Shown: one piece after another, positions 56,043 through 64,000 of the stretch | How positions within the stretch are numbered: the first letter of the stretch is position 1 | Layout of the letters: each line of letters begins with the position of its first letter | Source: Octopus bimaculoides | Taxonomy: Eukaryota | Assembly (NCBI RefSeq): GCF_001194135.2 | Contig: NC_069001.1 | Span: 3,576,735 to 3,640,734 of the forward strand | Direction: 5' to 3' | DNA length: 64,000 nt | The notes under the pieces: generated by a model | Databases searched by the model: none | What the model saw: the letters and a program-made list of their open reading frames with translations, nothing else | Told to the model about the DNA's origin: nothing | Made by a program: the position numbers and the translations under genes

Positions 56043-58389
56043 ACACGTTTAATGTACAAATGAAAAAAGAGCTCGATATATGTAGAAAGGTTTGTTCCTC
56101 TGTGTGTGTGCGTGTCAACAGTAATGTATTTGTTGCCCTTGCATTATTCATATCCATGTCTGTTCACACACACACACACACACACATACATACATATGCA
56201 TGAAAACCGATTGACACAAGACATGCGCGCGCACACACACAGCAATTTGCGCGGACGCATACTAGCAAGCATGCATTTATACTTACACTCCATTTACACA
56301 CACACACACAGAGCGATTTGCCCTGAACAGAGATTCTGTAAAGAGATGTAGGGACAGAGATACATACATATTCCAATATTACAGTGACACACACATATAA
56401 CACATTTATATGCTCTCACACATACACACTATGCCACCAATATACATACACATACACACATATACAAACAGGCAGGTAACGTGTTGGTGATGCAGAAGGA
56501 GGAGTCTGCAAGGTTGGGGCAGGCTAGAGATAAAAAGTCAGAATGCTTTAGTTTTTGTGTCATCTCATTATAGAATGGAGAGTATCTGAAGCCTACAGAA
56601 TAAGGGAAGAGCTCGCCGAATATATTCGACATTACACCTGAAAACCTGAAATGCTTTTAATACTCGTTATTTTCATACACCCTTCACACACTTGGACTTT
56701 TACTCTCTCCTTCTCATATATATATATATATATGATTGTGTGTGTGTGTGTGAATACATGACCACATATNNNNNNNNNNNNNNNNNNNNNNNNNNNNNNN
56801 NNNNNNNNNNNNNNNNNNNNNNNNNNNNNNNNNNNNNNNNNNNNNNNNNNNNNNNNNNNNNNNNNNNNNNNNNNNNNNNNNNNNNNNNNNNNNNNNNNNN
56901 NNNNNNNNNNNNNNNNNNNNNNNNNNNNNNNNNNNNNNNNNNNNNNNNNNNNNNNNNNNNNNNNNNNNNNNNNNNNNNNNNNNNNNNNNNNNNNNNNNNN
57001 NNNNNNNNNNNNNNNNNNNNNNNNNNNNNNNNNNNNNNNNNNNNNNNNNNNNNNNNNNNNNNNNNNNNNNNNNNNNNNNNNNNNNNNNNNNNNNNNNNNN
57101 NNNNNNNNNNNNNNNNNNNNNNNNNNNNNNNNNNNNNNNNNNNNNNNNNNNNNNNNNNNNNNNNNNNNNNNNNNNNNNNNNNNNNNNNNNNNNNNNNNNN
57201 NNNNNNNNNNNNNNNNNNNNNNNNNNNNNNNNNTATATATATATATATATGATTGTGTGTGTGTGTGTGAATACATGACCACATATATATATATTTATAC
57301 ACATATATGCCTATATACACACATGCATATATAAATAGGCATATACATGTAAATATACATTCACATACGTGCATACATATACGCACACTGCATACACGTA
57401 TATATATATATATATATACACGCATATACGTACATATGCATATACATACATGGACATTTGCACATAAATTCATACACATTTACGCGTACATTCATACATG
57501 TACATTTTACGCACATACATATAAGTACATATACACACATTCGTACATGTATATATCACACATATATACATACACATGGATGTGTATACATACACATACA
57601 TGCATAGTTACATATACATCCATATATACATACATGTATATAAATACGCATACATAAATACACACACACACACACATATATACTGTTTGAATGCGTATGG
57701 TTTGTTGTAGAATCGCTGTTCATAGTGAAAGTGTTCCAGTTCTCTCTATTCATACTCATATAAAGCTGTGTGTATGAATATATACATGTGTAAATGTGCA
57801 CGAGAGAGAGAGAGAGAAAGAGAGCATGTGAGAGACAGAAAGCATATGTGTGTGTGTGTACACCTATCGTCTGTCATTGACTGTTCAAGGAGTTGTAGTC
57901 GGGTAAATTGAATCTGGTAATCATAATGTATTTATTTCACTACTACAATCTGACCAGACGATTACATTGTTCTTCTGCAGCGCGTGTGTATGAGTGTGTA
58001 AACGGGTGTGCTGGTGTGTTCGGGAAAGTAACGCACACACATACTAACAAAAGTGTCAGGGACCATTTCAGGTGTTCCATACAAAATTAACAGGTAAAAC
58101 CAGGGGAGAACAAAGGCGAGGTGGCGCATTCACAAATGGCACTGGTGATGGGAGGCAGGGCTTACACACAATAGAATTTCTAATAAAGGGAGGGAGATCG
58201 ACATGTGTGTATAGATAGAAAGATATATAGGTGGATAGATAGAAAACAAAAAGACGGATCTGTATATATATCTATATATATGTATATACATATACAAACA
58301 AATAATGTATTGATGAAATGATGGAAGCCGGGTGAAGGTTAACAGCAAGCGGTGGGCAAACGTATAGAGTGAATATAATTCCCACTCTA

Positions 58390-59560
58390 GTCACTGCATG
58401 TAGTTAATCATACTACAGACACTACAAGAAGTTACTGTTATACTATGGACACTGCATGTAGTTACAGTCATACTACATACACTGCGTGTAGTTTTAGTCG
58501 TCTTATTGACCCTGAATGGCTATAACCATACAATCGACACTGCATGAATGAGGTTACAGCCGTACTATGAAACACTGCCTTGTGTTACAGCTATATTATT
58601 ACAGTTATTTATCACTGATTATTCCCACTCTATGCTAATTAAAGTGGTTACAATGTCATTTGATGTATCGATAGTATACCACTGTAAAGTGATACTGTAC
58701 CACTGCAGGTGGTTATATTAATACTATACCACTGCAAACGGTTGTATCGATAGTATACCCCCTGCAACTGGACGTATCCACTACTATTAGTTGAAGCGTT
58801 ACTACACTACTATAACCAATAAATGTACCCACACCAGACTACTATTACTACTGCAACAACAACCAGCGGTAGTACCTACGCTTTACCATTAATTACCAGT
58901 GGCTGTATATACCTCAGGCTTCACCATTACCTGCCAGTGGTTCAATGTATTCCTTGCTTCACCACTAACTACCCACCAGTAGCCGTATGCACCCCAGCCT
59001 TCACCACTACCCCAAATGGCTGAATGTACCCTTTATTTCACCACTAACTTTCAGCTGCTGTGTATACCCCAAGCTTCACTTCTACCTATCGCTCAACCTA
59101 TCGGCGATTCTGTGCACCCCATACATCACATCTACCTACCGTGAGTTGCATGTACCCCTCAATTCACATCCATCTCCCAGTGGCTGTATGTACCCCTCAC
59201 TTTACCTCAACCTTCTAATGGCTATACTTCACTCTTCTCCACTACCTCCACCACCATCATTACTAATGGCTGTATGTACCCCACACTTCACTACCCACCA
59301 TTGGCTGATGTACCCCGCACGTTCCCACTACCCCAATTTGCTGTATGTATCCCACACTTAACATCTACCTACCAATGCCTGCATATACCCCACACTTCAC
59401 CATTATATATATATCAGCGGCTGTACGTACCCCTCACTCCCCCCACTATTTCCCAGTGGTTATACGTTCTCCACACCTCACCACTATTGTTCCTCCACCC
59501 CACCCCAAAGGTTTTATGTAGTCCCCACTTCCCCCCCCCCTCTACATATCAGTGGCTATA
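58390..59560. repeat. Degenerate three-tier minisatellite (~30-bp, ~30-bp and ~38-bp units)
   Basis: 58390-58605 acactgcatgtagttacagtcatactac; 58660-58800 tagtataccactgcaaacggttgtatcga; 58895-59560 cagtggctgtatgtaccccacacttcaccactacc, roughly 15-17 copies. Confidence 0.8.
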
Positions 59561-59894
59561 CAAAAACTTCAACACCGCCAGAGGTTACACAACGTCGATG
59601 GAAGACGTCAAGTGTTGCACCGAACACTACAACCACCAACACATGAAACGGTAGCAAGCCCTAAAACATTACCGAATCACTCAGTGCAAGACAGACACCA
59701 CAGCAAGTGGTTGGGTCTACAAAACGTTTCATCACAAGCCATCTTTTTATCACGTTCTCTCTTTCTTCCTGTTCATTCATTCATTCATTCATTTGGAAGA
59801 CAGACATTAGAGAAACGGTTTTGGATGTGGTGGAGATATTATCTACTATCACCCCAATCGGCAAATGGAACGATAAGAAGAAGAGAGAAAGAGC

Positions 59895-59925
<31 letters not shown>

Positions 59926-60495
59926 GGGGGTTGGGAAGACGAAGAAGAAAAGGCAATTTTAAACGGTAAAAAGTATTATCAATGAATGAAAATGAAATCG
60001 AGAAATACGCGACGATTGAGAGGAGGAAGAGAATATTTCGTTTGGAAGTCGTCCTCTGGGAAGACAGAGAAAGACAGACAGAGAGAAGATGCACCAGTAG
60101 CATGTGCAACAATGAGCAGCAAACATGAAACATGCCACAACTCGTTCTCGCCTCCCAAACGATTCTGTTATATAAAACACTGCATTAAAACCACCACCTC
60201 CTTCCGATCGTTACATATAGAAAGATAAAACAGCGCACACCGATCGCTTCAATATATATATTATATTATACATATAATATCAATAAGACAATGCGTATGG
60301 GGGGTTGAGGGGCAGAGCGGAGTAGTAGTGTGTTTTCCGGGGGTTTCTTTTTCTTTTTGTCTTTTTTCTCTCAAAGGGTTCCCCCTACCCACAGTTGTCT
60401 TCTCCGCGCAGATTCGGAATAAATAAATATATATATATGTGTGTGTGTGTGTGTGTATTATATTTATAGATATATGCATATATTTGTTTCCTTAC

Positions 60496-60593
60496 CTTAG
60501 ACCATTGAAAAGCTGTTTTGATTTTTCTAGTAAATGACAGAACTCATTTACGACCTTTTTCTCATTCTCATCCATTGTCATATCTAGCGACAT
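60496..60593 (-). CDS. SCAI: First coding exon of SCAI (suppressor of cancer cell invasion) homologue; 32 codons + 2 nt, phase-2 donor
   Basis: Minus strand reads ctccaacATG TCG CTA GAT...TTC AAT GGT CTA AG|gtaagg = MSLDMTMDENEKKVVNEFCHLLEKSKQLFNGL(R). This matches the conserved SCAI N-terminal motif as I recall it from human (KTVTDFCYLLDKSKQLFNGLRDLPQYG). Canonical AG|GTAAG donor. Too short for the ORF track. Confidence 0.9.
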
Positions 60594-60603
60594 GTTGGAG
60601 TCG

Positions 60604-60672
60604 TCAATCGCTACGCCATAGTCTTGCGAGTAGGGAACACTTCCAGATCAGCAGACAATCATCGATGACCAT
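60604..60672 (-). promoter_or_regulatory. Upstream ORF (MVIDDCLLIWKCSLLARLWRSD*) ending 10 nt before the SCAI ATG, with two nested mini-uORFs (60648-60662 MIVC*, 60611-60619 MA*)
   Basis: Direct translation of the minus strand upstream of the SCAI start codon. Confidence 0.55.
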
Positions 60673-61286
60673 TACGGATGGCGCAACGCGCAATAACAGC
60701 AGCAGTAGTATTAGTAGTAATAGTAATAGTAGTAGCAACAAGGCTTTTTTTTTTTTTTTTTGGGTGAACGATGACGGAGACTGTTGTGTGTGATAGTGGC
60801 GGCAGTGAACGATCGAAAAGGAGAAGGAGGTGACGTGGAGAGACAAAATAGGAAAATACAACCGGAGTGAGAGTCTCTGTAAGAGAGAGAGAGAGAGAGA
60901 GAGAGCAAGTAGGAAACAAGAGGAGAGAGAGGGAAAGCGAGAGAACTACGAGAGAGAGAGATGAATGGATTGATAGAGGATATACATACATACATTTATA
61001 CGTATATTCTGTGTGTGAGCGTGTGTAATAGATATATACATACATATATACACATTATATACATACATACATACATACATACATACATACATACATACGT
61101 GTGTATGTATATATATATGGATGGAGATGGTCTTTTATTTATACAAACTGTAAAAAAAGCAGTTGTTTTTGTTTTAGATTTTTCTTAGTTTCTTATGTAT
61201 ATATTTATATATNNNNNNNNNNATATATATACATATATATAAATATATAAATATATAAATATATATATATATATAAATATATATAC

Positions 61287-61321
<35 letters not shown>

Positions 61322-61689
61322 AATTAATAAATTGATAATCCTTTACCCTTTTAATTTGTATATATATATACAAATATACATACTTGTACGTATACCTAGA
61401 GTTATAGTGTCCGATTATTTATAGCCGCCCTGTTAGCAACAGTTTTTCTGTCTTCTAGAGGTGTTTTCTCAATTTTATAGGCTTTTTCTAATGCTATCCC
61501 CACTTTGAAATTTATTTTCTCTGATCCTTTGAGATCTCAGATATTTTTTCTGAATCTCCTTGATTCTTTTAANNNNNNNNNNATGATGATGATGATGGTT
61601 GTGGGGGGATGTGTGTGTGATAGTGCTGGTAGTGGTTAAGAGATTCATAAAGAAAAAAAAATTTACTTGCAAAGGTCTCCTTAATAATG

Positions 61690-61985
61690 ATTTGTGATAT
61701 TGGCACAAGGCGATAAATTAATGGGAGTGGGGGAAGGGGGAGTAAAATCGATACGATCGATTAAATCAGACCCAGTACTTGACTGGTATCATATTTAAAT
61801 AATACCAACAACAACAACAATAATAATAATAATCCTTTCTACTAAAGGCACAAGGCCTGAAATTTGTGGGGAGGATAGCAGCTGATTACATCGACCCCCA
61901 GTACTTCACTGGTACTTAATTTGTCGACCCCGAAAGGATGAAAGGCAAAGTCAACCTCAGCGAATTTCTAACTGAGAACATAAAC
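61690..61985 (-). mobile_element. Two family A SINE fragments among (AAT/AAC)n tracts
   Basis: ggcacaagg...cccagtacttgactggta, then cctttctactaaaggcacaaggcc...gtcgaccccgaaaggatgaaaggcaaagtcaacc. Confidence 0.7.
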
Positions 61986-62666
61986 ACAGACAATAATAAT
62001 AATAATCATAATAATAATAATAATCATAATAATAATCATAATAATAATAATAATAATAATATCAATACATTGTATGATGAAAAAACTTTGAAAAAAAAAA
62101 TATATACTGATTGTTTAATAGTAAGTAGCAAACAGAAAACTAATTATTCTATCTTCTGATCAATAAGAGTGGTGTAGATGTTATAATTCTATGCATACTC
62201 TCAAGAAATATCAATTGGTGTACGTTTAAGAACCGTTCTTCACATTGATTAAATAAGAGTATACACTATTGCAAGTGTATATATGTGTCGGTGGTGACTG
62301 AGCATTTGTGTGTATGTGCCTGTGTGTGATTCTGCGAGGTGGGGGTTGATGTAAGTGGATGCCGGATGCATGTGTGCGTGCGTGTGTGTTTGTGTGTGTG
62401 TGTGTGTCCACGCGCCGGGATAAAGGAAGATGCAGTGTAATACAACTGGATAAATGGAGCAGGGGTGGGAGGGAGGCAAGGAGAAAATGGGAGGGAACAA
62501 CAGGTTTCATTTTGGCCTGGTGCTGGTGTGGATGCACTCTGTCTGCATGCATTACTTCTGACATTGTTTTGCATCAGCTGCACATTAACAGTGCTTGCAG
62601 TAAGTAAATAAATAAAATAAAATAAATCAGTCAAAAAAAAAAAACTCCCAGAATGTAAAAATCATA

Positions 62667-62713
<47 letters not shown>

Positions 62714-62749
62714 TGTTGATATGAGACCTCTCTTCTAATTGCATCCTTT

Positions 62750-63195
62750 TAGCATATTAGTTAGCCTTCATCAGGATTATCATCATCACCACCACCACCA
62801 CCGTCCTCACTACCATCATTTGTACCACCAACACCACTATCATCATCATCATCATCATCATCACCATCACCATCACCACCACTATCACCACCACCACCAC
62901 CAATCACCATCACCCATCACCATCACCATCATCATCACTATCATCATTACCACCATTCATCCTCATCATCTTCATCATCCTCATCGTCTTCATCATTTTC
63001 ATTTTTATTATTGCTGTCATTGTCATCATCACACATTATCAACATTATCATTATCATCATAACTATGCCACCATCATCATCATCATCATCATCATCATCA
63101 TTGCCATCAGCAGCAGTAGCAGCAGCAGCAGCACCACCACCACCACCACCATAATCATGATAGTATTCAACTCCATCATCATCATCATCATTGAT
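62750..63195. repeat. Compound (CAT/CAC/CAG)n trinucleotide tract
   Basis: Direct reading; it accounts for the poly-His ORF 62739-63062. Confidence 0.9.
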
Positions 63196-63687
63196 TCAAT
63201 GTACATATTTTAATTTTTTTTCTCTTTTTACCTTTACTAGCATGGGTTTACAGTTCTGCAAATAAAGTTCTCCTTGTATTTTAACCTCGTATCAATTTCA
63301 TCTGCTCCTGTAAAATCAAACTTTTTCAGAGCTGAAAAATAAACCTCTTTGATTCAAATCTTTTTTTTGTCTACCCCCTACCCACCAATTCCCACCCACA
63401 TCATGTACCCCCTACCCACTACAAGTAATCTCTGTCATCACTTCATGTCCATTCTTCCTTTAATTACAATCAACTGTTCTATTTCGTTTTCCTAAACTGT
63501 ACAGAAATCTACCAAAGTCTTCAACATTGACTTGTTTTTGCAACTCATTTGCATAATTTTTATTCCAGGCATGGCTGTGTGTCTAAAGAACTTGCTTTGC
63601 AACCACATGGTTTTAAGTTCAGTCCCACTGCACTGTACCTTGGGTCAGAGTCTTCTGCTGGAGACCCAGGCTGACCAATGCCTTAAA

Positions 63688-63804
63688 TCGATTGGTTGGT
63701 CGTCAACTCATAGCAATCTTTGCCTCAGTAATCATAATTGTGTAGAATCATTAACAGTACTTTAAAGCAATTAAGCCCCGAGCAATGCCGGGCACTTCTG
63801 CTAG
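63688..63804 (+). mobile_element. Short non-autonomous Helitron-like element nested in a SINE
   Basis: Starts A|TC. Ends with a GC-rich imperfect hairpin (cccg agcaatgc cggg) followed by ctgCTAG|T. It directly follows a family C SINE head (63567-63687). Confidence 0.5.
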
Positions 63805-64000
63805 TAATATTATATTTGTGTGTGTGTACATATATGGATGTACACACACACACACTTAAATATATACATGTATGTATTTATATATATATTTATATATACA
63901 TATACAATGGGATTCTTTCAGTTTCTATCAACCAAATCCACTCACAAGGCTTTAGTTGGCCTGAGGCTATGGTAGAAGACACTTGCCCAAAGTACCAGGC

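Larger units (their letters stand above)
59560..60960 (-). promoter_or_regulatory. CpG-retaining promoter / 5' UTR / proximal intron-1 region of SCAI
   Basis: CG dinucleotides are visibly dense here (tacgcgacg, ccgcgcag, gcgcaacgcgc, cgatcg) against a CpG-depleted background over most of the window. (GA)n tracts at ~60880-60960 lie upstream of the ATG. The TSS itself cannot be located from sequence. Confidence 0.6.

Noticed and set aside
58390-59560. Possible CRISPR-like array or repetitive protein (ORFs 58823-59654)
   Set aside because: The units are degenerate and contiguous with no unique spacers, the context is eukaryotic, and the frames shift between units.

Overview
AT-rich eukaryotic genomic DNA, dense in microsatellites and old SINE/LINE/MITE remnants, with about a dozen short N gaps. 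The repeat families and composition look like a coleoid cephalopod, most likely an Octopus short-read assembly (inference). Only one protein-coding segment is identifiable: the first coding exon of SCAI on the minus strand (60496-60593, MSLDMTMDENEKKVVNEFCHLLEKSKQLFNGLR|gtaag). It sits in a CpG-retaining promoter-like zone and is preceded by three upstream ORFs. I could not find the next SCAI exon in the sequenced bases, so most of the window is probably a very long intron, or exons lie in gaps. The most notable element is a minimal type I hammerhead ribozyme motif of the Penelope-like-element kind at 16092-16128, with a core variant (CUGUUGA instead of CUGANGA). Other observations: an (AAT)n-centred insertion hotspot at 46.9-50.2 kb with stacked SINEs and an R4/Dong-like RLE LINE fragment, TTAA piggyBac-like MITEs, a young SINE with a 16-bp target-site duplication, a three-tier minisatellite, and several unassigned exon-like segments. 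Almost all ORFs in the supplied track are microsatellite or gap artefacts. All coordinates were read by hand, and repeat boundaries are approximate.
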